Below the pieces are notes generated by a model. That model had not been told where the DNA came from. It was given only the letters and a program-made list of their open reading frames with translations, and searched no databases. Made by a program: the position numbers and the translations under genes. DNA of 61,869 nucleotides, filler included. It is 10 parts of 10 records of this genome, joined end to end, with 100 filler letters (N's around TTAATTAATTAA, not from the genome) between each part and the next. Parts side by side here need not be neighbours in the genome. Positions count along the whole stretch, not along the records: positions 32,103 to 35,871 come from SRR7504441_9362; positions 35,972 to 40,922 come from SRR7504441_9364; positions 41,023 to 48,220 come from SRR7504441_9369; 7 more parts are not named here. The stretch is one strand, 5' to 3'. Positions 34,966 through 46,628 of the stretch are shown here, piece after piece. Every line of letters begins with the position of its first letter. Within the stretch, counting starts at the first letter, position 1.

Positions 34966-35021
34966 CGAGCTGCCGGCGCTGTGTGGCCAGGGCGGCTCAC
35001 TGCTTTTGTGCCTTAAGGCAC

Positions 35022-35217
35022 CAACGGACTCGTCGATGTGTGCAGACTCAACAGGATCGCCGCAGTGCCGCTGGTAGAGCAGCTTGACCGAGGCCTTGAG
35101 CATCTTATAATCCTGAATATACTGCACCGTCTCCTCCAAGTCGGTCCTAAAACGCCTGTTGAGCGCCTCCGAGTCTGCAAGGATCGAGCGCTGCTTGAGC
35201 AGCTCCTTGTGCTGCAC
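35022..35217 (-). pseudogene. Isolated CFAP57/WDR65-like coiled-coil fragment in frame with the CCDC17-like gene
   Basis: KELLKQRSILADSEALNRRFRTDLEETVQYIQDYKMLKASVKLLYQRH resembles the CFAP57 C-terminal RF..DL......IQ..k.LK..v..LY segment. An in-frame TGA precedes it and no other CFAP57 exons are visible on the contig. Confidence 0.45.
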
Positions 35218-35871
35218 TCACTGCAGTCAAGGGCCGGCCGATATCACGGGAGCGGCTGCCGCCTCTCGAGACCGAGGCGCAGGCGATGATTGGGGCGGAT
35301 GAGTTTGAGGCCATGTGATGAGGCCTGTGCACAGCTGGGGGCATGTGCTGAGCTAGTCCCTGTTGTGTGAGGCTAACGGTTGGTTGAGCAAGACCGCAAT
35401 GCGATCAGGCGAGCGCCGATAGTTGCTGTCTTGAGATGACTTAATTAAACAATGAATACCTTACATAGGTTGGACCGGCACTGAGTGCTATCGTGTGCAT
35501 GAGCACATCTAAGACAATCAATCGCGACGCAACACAGGCCACGATTGCGTCGGTCTCGATGCCTGCACGCCTCCACTTACATTCTTACCGCAACATTAGG
35601 ATACGAGGCGACGCGTCAACAGCGGCAACCAGCGATGCCATAAAAGAGCACTTAAACAACAAGCTCAAGAGGATGGGAAATTGTTACAGGTATTTATTGG
35701 GCGGATCGACTCATGAGTTGGCAACACCAGCGATTTCGCTGGGCCCACTCATGAAGCCCACTCCAGTGCCTTGCGGCCCCGAGGCGGCGATCCATTTTTT
35801 AGCTTTTTTGGTTCTCGTCCCAGATGGGGAAGTAGCAAGACAACGCTTAGAAGTCGTCATCGGAGGACAGG

Positions 35872-35971
35872 NNNNNNNNNNNNNNNNNNNNNNNNNNNNN
35901 NNNNNNNNNNNNNNNTTAATTAATTAANNNNNNNNNNNNNNNNNNNNNNNNNNNNNNNNNNNNNNNNNNNN
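35872..35971. other. Artificial contig-joining spacer
   Basis: 44 N + TTAATTAATTAA + 44 N. Confidence 0.99.
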
Positions 35972-38900
35972 CACGGCTGTCTTCCAGCGCCTTGGCTTTG
36001 AGCTCTGCTGTTTGCACCATCTTTTGATGACTCTTTTGCATTCTTTGTTCTTGGGCTTTTGCTTTCTCGAAGTCTGCTGCAGTCTTCTGCAACTGTTGTT
36101 CCGCCAAGCGTTGCTCTCGCTTCTTTGCTGTCCGCTGATTCCGCGCATTCAAATCTTCAAGTCTGGCTTGTGCCTCTGCCTTGTGAATCTTGGAAACCTC
36201 CCTATCAGAAACCTCTTTTTGAGCACGTGCATCAGCCAAGTACTTTTCAGCAGTTTGCCTTTTGGCAGAAGCCTTCAGACCTTTCTCATCAGCAGCAGCC
36301 TCTTGCACTGCAGCCTGAGATGGCGCCTTTTGGGTTCTCTGAGCCTTTAGTTTTGCTGTCTTAGCATCTGCCTTGGTTAGTTCGACTTGCTGTGCAGCAG
36401 CCTGCTTCAGTTGAGCAGATTCTTTTACTTTCTTTTCATTGTCGTCGATCTTCACGTTTAAGTCAACAAGTTTTGACTTGGCAGCCTTCAACCCTCGCTC
36501 AGCAGTGGAGGCTCCTTTGCGCGCTGCTATGACATTTGCGCGGCCTTTTATAGACGCTTTGTGTGCTAGCTCGCTGTTCACTTGAGCTTTGCTCATTTTC
36601 TCTGTACACGCATTTTGTCAAGCATTTGCTATAGAAACAGGGCAAAAGATCATGCTAAACACACCGTTCAAGCTATTGTTCAATTTTTCAGCCTGTCTTG
36701 ACGCAAGCTCGGACTTCGTCTGTCGTTCTTTCATGATAGTCTCTTGTTCCTGTGCACTCTCTTGCTCAGTCCTAGCATTGGACAGGTCTTGTGAAACTGA
36801 GTCTCTTGTCTTTTCCCCCTTCACCAATTTCTCTGATGCACTCTTGCAGCTGATACTTTCTGCATCACTCTGGTCTGCGTTGCAACTCTTTTCCTTTTGT
36901 AGCTGCAGCGTCTTCAGCATCAGTTGTGCAGATTTCATGAGTTGGGCTGCTTTTGAGAGTTTCTCAGATGCTTGGGCTTGGTCTGCTGCCGCTTGCTCAG
37001 TTTTTTGTTTTGCACGAGACGCATTCAGTTCTTCTTTTTTAAGCTTGTATTTCAATGATTCCTGCCAACAGGTAAGTATTTAACAGTGCAACTTCATGCG
37101 GCACAGACAGCTACAAGGCTTTCAGTCAGGTCGGTAATGTTATCATAGACGGTACCTGTTGATCACGGGTCTGACGAACTTCTGCTTTAGCAGACACCTC
37201 CTTTTCGGCGCCTTTCTGGTCTGTCTCTCTAGCTAGCTTCAAAGATGCAGCAAGTTCTCTGGTTTTCAGCTGTGCTTGGTTCTCCATATCTCTGCTCTGC
37301 TGTATCTCTTTGGCTAGCTTTGCGCCTTCAGCATTGCCAGCTTGCATTGCCCGAGTAGCACCCTCCTGTTTTTCTTTTGCATGTCTAAGAAGGATGGCAT
37401 ATTCGTTTTCCTTGGTCTTTGATTCATGCCTCAGTTTTCGAACAGCAACTTTGTCCTGGAGGCGCTTCAATGTCTGCTGCGACTTCAGGCTGAGCTTGAC
37501 TTTCTCCAAATTGTCTTTTTCACTCTTGCTTGCCTGAGACAGACGCTTATCTGATTCTGCCAAAGAAGCAAGCTTGTTTTCAGCCTTTTGCTCCCGTCCA
37601 GTTTCAGCTCGAAGCTGTTGTTCAGCTGCAGCGAGCTCTGCAGTTTTCTCTTGGACTGCAGTTGCAGTCAAAACTTGGTCCTGAGCGGCCTTCTCCGCAA
37701 GTCTTGTTGCGTTTTGTTCATTGAGAAGTGCTTGATCTACCTCGTCAGTTGCACTCTCTTGGAGTTTCTGCTCCTCATTTTCCATGGTGTGCATGTGTCT
37801 GAGACTACTCTTGAAGAGGGTTTGTTCCCGCTGCAAACAAGTAAATTAGGTATCAATTAGGCAACACTTACGCATCATTTAGGGAAGCACTTACCACAAA
37901 TCTTTTTATCTGCTGTTCTTGGTGTTTCTTCCTCATCCTGCTTTTGTTGCCCTTTTCTCTTGCATCATGAGCTCTTTGCAAGGCATGGGCCTTCTGTTGC
38001 ACAAGGCTTGCTCGTTTTCCTGCAGCTTCAGCTGTGGTGACCTTTCCAAGGATTTGGAGCTTATTAGTATAACCTTGAATGCTTGCTTCTTGCTGCCTTG
38101 CTGCCTTGAAACTTGCCTGAGCTGAGTGCATTCTTGCAGATTTCATCTCCATTGAGCACACTGTCAACTGCTGGTGAACGACTTCAGCTGTTGCAGATGT
38201 AGAAGCTGACTTCACAGCCTCAAGCACAGTAGGAATGATCTTTCGTTTCACATCGGCAAGGTCAAGTTGTTCTCCTGGCTGCACGTCTCGTGCTGACGTG
38301 TTTCCAGACAGCTGCAATCGAAGTGAGCGAACAGTAGTTTTCACAGTACTGAGTCTAATAGCAGCAACTGCCACTGGAACACCTTTGGCTGCACACGATG
38401 TTTCAGCACTTTTGTGTGCAGCGGCAGCAGCAACGCTGACCACAAGAGGCATGAGTTGCTGGCGAAGATAAACCACGCTTGCGGTACGTGCAGCTGCTCG
38501 AGATGCCTGCGTGGCAGCACTGACTGCTGCTTTATGGAAATCAGCATACGTCTTAGGACACCATGTTTTTGTCTGTTCAACCTTCAACAGTGAGTCTCGC
38601 ATTGCACTCAGCATCACGCGTTCAAGTTCAAGACTGTCGACCACCTCAATTGCTAAGTTGTTCACAGATGCATCAAGATCCCTCAAGGCCAAATGAGCAG
38701 CTCTTGTGGCCACTTTCTCAGCAATCTGACACATCGATGCAGTGAATGCTGCCTGGACAATCAGCGCGTCTTTTATTGCCCTATTGGTGAAGTTCTGGAA
38801 ATCTTTTGCAACCAAAGGCTGATTTGCAGAAATTGCCTTTGCGCGGAAGGCATTCCCATGCAGAGAAGCAGTTGCAGCCCACTTTGCCACCTTATCGACT

Positions 38901-40922
38901 GACTTTGCAGTGTGATCGTCACATTCATTATTCTCTTGAGCAAATTGGTGCAGTGCACTTGTCGTTGCCCGCAGAACAAAGCCCAGTTCTTGCCCAATTA
39001 CAGCTTTCTCAGCAGTTTGAGTTGCTTTGGACCGTCCCTGCTCCCATACATTGGTACTTGTAAGATTCAGACAAGCATGAGAAAGCTGTTGGGCATTTGT
39101 TTGACCAGGTGCATGCCGCTTGCTTGCTGCATGGAGCTTGGCACGCACTGCATCCAGCTCACTAGTAGTTACAACTGTTTCAACCACTGCTTGAGCCGCA
39201 GCTCTAGCTTCAACATGACCAGAAATTTGCACAGCAGAGTGTGCAGCTTTCTGCGCAGCTTGTGAAACGAGCATCTTGGTTGCAAGTGGGCATACTACTA
39301 CACCACACTGTCTCTCTGCAATGAGTGAAACGTGGCCAACAGCAGAACTTGCAGCGTGAGTTGCCACCTTGCTTGCCGCTGCATCAGCAGCTTGATGTAC
39401 AGTAGAATGCAACAAGGAGCCACTCCAAGATACAGCATGCATTGCCCGTACAGCCGCAGTCTCTGCAACAGGAACAGCTACTTCCTGTGCATGGGTCAAT
39501 GCCAGTGTGTATGCCTTAGTGTTTACGGCAGACTGAGCTTTAGTGAACACGGCGTTTCTGACACCATTGGAGAATGAACCATTTGCCAGGCGAAGCGATT
39601 TCATAATAGATGAGAGAACTTGGTCACATGCCACTGGGACAGCTTCTTGTGCGAGCCTCTGAGAAGCAATTTTGGCTGCATCCTGTGACACTTTAACAGC
39701 ACTAGAAGTTGCAAGATCTCGAACAAGCTCTAGCAGAGCCGCTTTGTACGTTAATGTAACAGATGCCATCCTTTGAACAGGTTCCAGAGATGCTACATTT
39801 GCAAGAACCTGCTTAACACGATCGTGTATCAGGTCACCATGGTCTATGGATGTCAGATTCTGGGTTGAATTGTAACTGAGAGATATCTTTGAAGCCTTTG
39901 CCCATCCTTTCTGAATACGCTTGAGTGCTGCTAGACTTGTTGCATACAGTTGTTTCTGTTGCTGGGTTCTCAACTTAAGTTCTTTGGCCCTAAGTTTATT
40001 CTCCTCAACTAGTGCTGAAGTAGAATTGAGTTCAAAAAGTAGATCCTTCTGTTGGACTTGGGATCGACCTGCCTGTTTGAACCTGGACTTCAAAGAAGAC
40101 TGTTGAGCAATTGCGCGATTAAGATCCATTTCAATGTGCTTGCGCTGAGCTGCCAAAGAGCGTACCTTGATACGAGCTGACCAGGCTTGCCAGGTCACGT
40201 TGACAGCAGTACTCACAATGATTTTCATCACTGCAGGTCCCAAAAACTGGGTGACGGACTTGTTCACTGTCTCAGAGTGTAATCTTCCAAATGCTTGCAT
40301 GCTTGAAACTTTCCGTGCTGCATCAAGGCTTACCCTTGTGAGAACAACAGACAGCGGTCCTCCCAAAGACAGTGCAGCTGCTAGCCCAGCAACTTTGAAG
40401 AGTTCACTCTGAGTCCCGCCTGCTGCGTTGGTTGCAAGCATAGAGGCCACAACAGCTTGAGATCCTGTACCTTTCGTAATTGATGACATCATAGCCGCCC
40501 TTCCTGCTGCAGTCCCTTGTTTTGAACCAAAATTCCACTGGGCAGCAGAAAATCCTGCTAGCAAGGCTTGTTGAAGAGTGGTGCCACCTTCAGCAAACAC
40601 AGCAACTGATGCAGCATCAGCAGCTTCTTGAGAACATCCACCCATAAGCATAACAGCAAAGGCCGCACCACGGGCTGCTGAAGCAAATGACAGTGGACGA
40701 CTTTCACCTGTCTCAGCTGCAGCAGATCTAGCAGCCTCCCCCTTTGTGCCACCCATGAGAGCAATGATGCAAGCAGCAGCAGCTCCAGCAGTCAAAGACA
40801 GAACTGGAGTGCTTGAGTGAAGAATCTTAGTCAAAACCTGCCTTGCCTTCAAAGATTCCTGATGAGCAAGCTTCTTGCGCATCTGCCTTGGATATGGTAC
40901 TGCATACTTGATCTCCAAAAGT
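35972..40922 (-). CDS. Internal part of a very large Ala/Lys/Gln-rich helical and coiled-coil protein, partial at both ends
   Basis: Four consecutive minus-strand ORFs (1016, 236, 145 and 226 aa) separated by short intron-sized gaps and spanning the whole contig. Confidence 0.65.
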
Positions 40923-41022
40923 NNNNNNNNNNNNNNNNNNNNNNNNNNNNNNNNNNNNNNNNNNNNTTAATTAATTAANNNNNNNNNNNNNNNNNNNNNN
41001 NNNNNNNNNNNNNNNNNNNNNN
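40923..41022. other. Artificial contig-joining spacer
   Basis: 44 N + TTAATTAATTAA + 44 N. Confidence 0.99.
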
Positions 41023-41346
41023 GCTATCTAGATGGTAGCAACAGACTGTATATCGGCTGGTCTGAGAAATTTGTCATGATCATGATCATCCCACAACAGC
41101 AACGGAAAATGGTCAGGTCCACTTCTCTCGATCAGGCTAGGCGTTTCTGTGTTCTTCAGCGCGAGCGCCGCTTGCACCGCGCGCGGGGCGGCGGTGCGGT
41201 GCGGAATTAGCTAGCTCGGCGGTGCTCGGGCGGGGTTGGAACGCGCACAGCCCGCCACACACTGCGAGCTTTGCCGGTCGGCACCGGACAGCCGCCGACA
41301 CCGGCCAACTCCGCTTGCTCGCGCGTGCGCGCACCGCTTGCGCGGC

Positions 41347-44300
41347 ATGGACCAACCTCCCAGCATGGAGCCGCCCGCCACGATCTCCAACCCGAAGATC
41401 CAAGAAATGAGCGCGGTCCAAGACCCGCAGCCGGAGCCGGTGGCGCTCGCCAAGCCTGCAGGTCCTCTCCGCCCCGATTCGGCCCGCGGGCAGATCAGCG
41501 GCTCCCCCCGGGTCTAGCGGCGCCGTTCGGGCGTGCATGGTCGCCTAGGCCGGGGCGCACCGAGCGCCGCTTGCCACATGCTTGCCCGCGCCCGCCGTCC
41601 GGGCTTGTCATGTCGGCTGACTCGCCCTGCGTGCCTGCAGATCCTGCTCCAACCCCGGAGCCACCGCCCGAGGCTCAGTTGGAACCCGCGCCGGCCGCCT
41701 CAGTCCAGCATGAGGTGACCCGCCCCCCGACCCTCATAGACAGGCCAAGCCCTGCCCCCGCCCTCCGGCGCTAACTGGCCGCACGCCCCAGGTGAAGCCT
41801 GAACTGCCCGGTAAGCTAGAGAGCACACCCCACGCGCAGCCCGGTGCAGTGGCTCAGCAGGCCATTCTCCTAGACCCGGCCGCGCCCTCCCCGCGAGGGT
41901 ACCAGCAAGTCGCCACATCGGCCGTCCAGCAAAGCCCCGCTTGCTTGCCCGCCCCGCCCCAGCTAGAACTAGGCAGCGGAGAGCCCAAGCCGAGCCTCGC
42001 CATTGAGCCGGAGCAAAGCAGCGAGCCCGACGCGAAGCCGGCAGAAGAGAGCGGCGCGGTCAAGCTGATGGAGGGGGATGTCGTATGGGCTCGGATCGCA
42101 CCCTACCCTTACTGGCCAGCGAGGGTGGAGAGTGAGGCCATCGAAGAGGTCTCTGCGGAGGAGTACGCGGAGGAGACTTCCAAGGTCTCTCAGCCCGGTG
42201 TATGGGCTGACCGGGCGGGGCAGGGCAACCCGCTGGTGGTGTTTTTTGGCTCTGAGAACTGGGAAGATGTTGAGTTCTCCTTTATCCCGTGGGCAGAGCT
42301 GGTGCCGTGGCAGCACGGCTTGAAAAAGCTCTACCAATTCCTTCCAAACGAGTCGCAGGAGGTGGCTTGCGCCGGCCGGCTGGGCCGACCGTTGGGATTC
42401 CAGGTCCAGGACGACGTTGCCAGGTCGTACAACGAAGCGATCCGATGGCTGCAGCTCTCTCAGCAAGGCGGCATCCGACCCAAGCAGCAGCAGCTGACCA
42501 GCCAGCAACAGCCGATCCGCCCAAAGAAGCGGCAGGCGGACGGCTCGCTCTCTCGCCCAATCTGCGGCGCGCCGGGCACCCGGGGGCCGTGCAAGCAGCC
42601 TTACGGCTCTTGCCCGTACCACAAAGTCACCGAGAACGGATCCTTGGCAAGCCCTTCGCCACGGAGCAAGCCGGCGCTTGTGTCGAGCACGCCCGAGATA
42701 TGCCGGCCGATCGAGAGCAGCGGACATGACAAGGAGCTATGTGGCGTGATCAGTACCCGCGGTGTACCGTGCAAACAAGTCCGCTCGGTGTGCCCTTACC
42801 ACCGGAAAGATAGAGTCAAGAGCAAACCCGCGGCTCAGTACGATAGGGAGAGCTTGGGCGGGTTTGGGCACCCTCGCGAGTACTCACGGAGCCTTTCTGA
42901 GCTTGAGCTGGACCAACAGGACGGTTTGCTCCGCCGCAAAACTGTGATGGAACAGCAAGTTGCGATCCTGCAGGTCGTGTTTATACACCAACCGACAGTT
43001 CTAACGGACAGGGTGCAGGCTGACCTGGGGCCTTACTGGCAGAAGAACTCCTTCCAGTACTTGGCTGACGTGCCGCGCAAGGTAGAAGTGAGTGAGCGTG
43101 CAGGCTGAATGCCGCAGGTGGTCCGTCAAAATTCATCTGAGAAGAACTTGCATGAATCAGGCTACGACATAGGGGCTCACGGGCGGTGCGCGGGCTAGCT
43201 GCGGCACGGCTGACAGCACGGGCAGGCTGATCTGCGGGGCACCGGGGCTGCGGGGTCCTTGTAAGCAGCCGGCGAACTCGTGCCCTTACCACCAGCGAGG
43301 TGAGCGCATTCTAACTGTACTCCAACTGCATTTGAACAGGCATAGAGAAGAAGCATGACAACAAGAAGCTACCGGACCGGCTGTCGCACCTGGTTGAATG
43401 GCTCCAGATGCTGCAGACCTCCATCAGCCAGCTGTGGCAACCGTCACCGGTGCACGCGGCGGGCTTGGTGCTGTGCTGATCAAATCGGCAGAACGGGGCT
43501 TTGCCAGAGAGTGTTGAGACGTTCAAGGCGCAGCTGAAGGCCACAATACAGGACTGGGGCAGTTTCAAGGACCGGCAGGCAACATGCCCAGGGTGGCGCG
43601 CGGCTGATGGTTGGGTGAGCAGCGGAACGACCGAGTGTCGGAGTCGCTTGTCTGCTTGATGGAGACTGATCTGCTTTCCGGACACTGCACCGTCGCGCAA
43701 GACTTGATTCAAGGCATTTGACTGAGTTTAGACCAAAATTAACCGACTTTCAGGCGAGACGGCCACGGCCAAGGACGACGTGTCAGAGCTTACGCTGCTC
43801 TCGCTGCTCCGGGCGGCCCAGTCAGCGGCATCTGTGGCGAGGCAGCAGCGGTCTGTTGGCACGCTGATCTCGCGACAGCACGAGCTGGTCGCGGAGCTCC
43901 GGTGAGCTATAGTAATAGTAGTACTAGGGATAGTGCTATAATAGTAGAGCGTATAGAGCTCCGGTGAGCTGTCGACGGCTGAGCTTTGAGGTGCAGGCAA
44001 GAGCTGAGGACAGCAGAAGAGCACAAGCAGGTCACTGGGATCTCGTACACAGCCGACGTGAGCAAGCTGCACTCAGATCTGCAGGTTAACAGCACCTTTC
44101 CGAAAGGGAATAATCTGTTAACTGCTGCAGGACGAGGAAGTGAATCTTCGGATGCTCAAAGATAAGCGGACGCAGCTGCAGGCTCAGCTGCGCGAAGTCG
44201 AGGGCAAGATATCGCAATCGTCGGATTCAGTCAAACGGATGAATAACGAGCTCGGAAGGCTTGAGCGGGAGCAACGGCGGGTGATGTTACCTTCCTAATA

Positions 44301-46315
44301 AGGCAATGATCGGTTAACAGGTGATGACCAGTAACGACCAGGAGGCCACGGAGAGCGCCTCGATGCACGTTAGGGCCAAACACGAGGTGAGTGTGCTCGC
44401 TGACCTCAAGTCATACTTGCGCGGCGCGTCGCGTCCACTCAACAAGCGCTGCTCTCGCGTGCTCATGGCCGGAGTCTCATGCCGGCTTAGAGCGCTCGAG
44501 CGGGAGCAAGCCACTGCCTTCGGGATGGCAGACAGGGCCAATGAGCAAGATGCAAACCCAGCCCCAGCTGCTACCGGCCACTTGAAGCTCGCAAAGTTTG
44601 CTAAGAATTCGGCGCGACACGACGCCACGCACAAGCTCCGAGACGTGTGCGCGCTCGCCGCTACCAACCTGGAACTGATCAAGCTGATCAAGAGCTGCGT
44701 CGGCGACCAGCTGCAGGACGAGGAGCGCGAGGTCCTGGACCAGGCTCCCATCAAGTATCGCACCCTAACAGGCTGCTGCGGTGTGACTGTGGGTTAGGTG
44801 CCGCTCAGTGAGGGATCAGTGCCTGGAAAGGCTTCAGAACATCAAGGGCGCGATCTCGGTGGCGGACACGAGCGGCGGCGCCACCGTGGTGGTATGGCAC
44901 GAGTCGTGCTTCGCGCACCCAGTCCCGGAGGACCACCCCGAGCAGCCGCAGCGTGTCTCTGTCACGATGCAGGCGCCCACCATTTCGCCCGGTGAGAGTG
45001 TGAGCCCTTAGGACAGGTGCTTCGGAAGCTGGCAGCTGCCGAGGCGACTGCCGGCAGAATACAACTCGAGTCAGACCCAGCCCAGGCCAAGTTTGAGCTG
45101 CTCCAGCTGGTCCACCACCCGCGGTGTGTTCCCAATTAGGAAACGACCTAGCTTAACACGTTACTAATTAGGAAATGACTGTAGCTTAACACGGCTTAAC
45201 AGGTACCTGAGCTCGCTCCAGTCGGCCTTTGGGTTCCCAGCTGAGATCGACGATTTGATTCCGTTCCGGTCCGACATGGACACGTACGTGACTGGCGCCG
45301 TGAGCAAGCGGGCGATTCTGTGCGCTGCGGGCGCCGTCGTACAAGCGGTCGACCAAGTCATGTCTGGCCAAGCCAAGAACGCCTTCTGCTGCATCCGGCC
45401 GCCGGGTCACCACGTGGGCAGATCCGGTGAGCCGTCAGGCCAACCGCCGATGAGCTGTCCGGGCAGGCGCGGCGCTTGGAGCGGAGTCGCAAGGATTCTG
45501 TCTGCTGAACAACGTCTGTGTCGGAGCGGCTCACGCAAGGACTCATTACCCGCAGATCCGGAAGGTTGTTGTGGTCGACTTCGACGTGCATCACGGTAAC
45601 GGAACGGAGGACATTCTGTATGATGACACCGAGGCGCTGTTTTTGTCTGTGCACCGACACACGGACGAGTTTTTCCCTCAGAGCGGCGAGACCGGAGTGA
45701 ACGGGTCCGCGATCAACGTTGGGCTCGAAGAGGGGTATGGCCCGACTCAATTCCGGAAGGCATTCTACGACATTGTGCTGCCCAAGATAAAAGAGTTCAA
45801 GCCGGACATGCTCTTCATCTCGGCCGGGTTCGATAGCCACTACCAAGTGCCAACTGCGCTGTTTGGATCCTAACTTGCGGCAGGATCCAATCGGAGGGGC
45901 CGCACTGCATGAGACGGAATTCGGCTGGGCTACTCTCAAGTTACTTGAGCTGGCGGACGAGGTGCTTGCCCAGGCAGGGTCTGCCGTAAGCTTGTGGTAT
46001 CAGGTGTGCCACGGTCGGGTGGTCTCTGCGCTGGAAGGCGGGTACGACGCTGACGACGTCGAGAGCGGGCTGGCTGTGAGTGTCGAGTGTCACGTGGAAG
46101 CACTTTGTGGACTCACCAAACTCGAGGACTTTGCGACGCCGCGAATTGTGCAGAATGCGCAGGTGCAGGCGGCGGTGATGGAAGGGCTGCCTCCGATGCC
46201 CAGCTGCTACGTTGCTGTGGGTAACAAGAGAGCTTTTGAGCAGATGGATCAAGCCGGCTCGGGCCAGCCTGCAGAGCTGGCTGCTGAACAGAAGACGGAG
46301 CAGCAGGCGTCCTAG
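41347..46315 (+). CDS. PWWP + 3x Cys3His motif + coiled coil + Zn-dependent histone deacetylase (class II-like) fusion; about 20 introns
   Basis: PWWP: GDVVWARIAPYPYWPARV...LVVFFG. Three CG.....G.PCKQ....CPYH motifs. HDAC: HPEQPQR, IRPPGHH, GFCLLNNV, VVDFDVHHGNGT, ISAGFD, LEGGY. I traced a continuous frame through all exons using mostly 36-46-nt introns. Confidence 0.8.
43894..43970 (+). repeat. 15-bp direct repeat GAGCTCCGGTGAGCT flanking a 47-nt AT-rich insert at an intron donor
   Basis: Copies at 43894-43908 and 43956-43970; the insert is low-complexity ATAGTAATAGTAGTACTAGG... Confidence 0.85.
45134..45193 (+). repeat. Imperfect ~27-nt tandem duplication inside an intron
   Basis: AATTAGGAAACGACCTAGCTTAACACG versus AATTAGGAAATGACTGTAGCTTAACACG, followed by GCTTAACAG. 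Confidence 0.8.
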
Positions 46316-46628
46316 CGAGTCCCTGTTGGTGGCCAGGCATGGATTATGCTGTCACCATAGCCATATTTATATAGAAACGCTGCAAGTCATCTCTTTTACT
46401 TGATCTCTGAAACGTATATTGGTATTATAGCTACGAGATGCACGACAGACGGTTGGATCCAGCACACATGCGTGCACCGATTAGTCGTATTTATCAATGT
46501 AATTAGCGTGTTTATCAATGTAATAAAAAAAGTCCCTCAATAAAGGTTATTCTCCCTTGTGCAGTTGTGCTTCAATTTACGGACCTTTATGACCGTAAAA
46601 AAGTACCGTGAAGACACTATTTCTAAAT

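Noticed and set aside
33694-35016. Long antisense and overlapping ORFs (e.g. the 440-aa plus-strand ORF here, and many opposite 52304-61549)
   Set aside because: Shadow frames of GC-rich or repetitive coding sequence; Ser/Arg/Cys-rich with no motifs.
35972-40922. This contig being the missing 5' part of the giant coiled-coil/EGF gene at 52253
   Set aside because: Composition is similar, but there is no sequence overlap and this contig has introns; linkage cannot be supported from the window.
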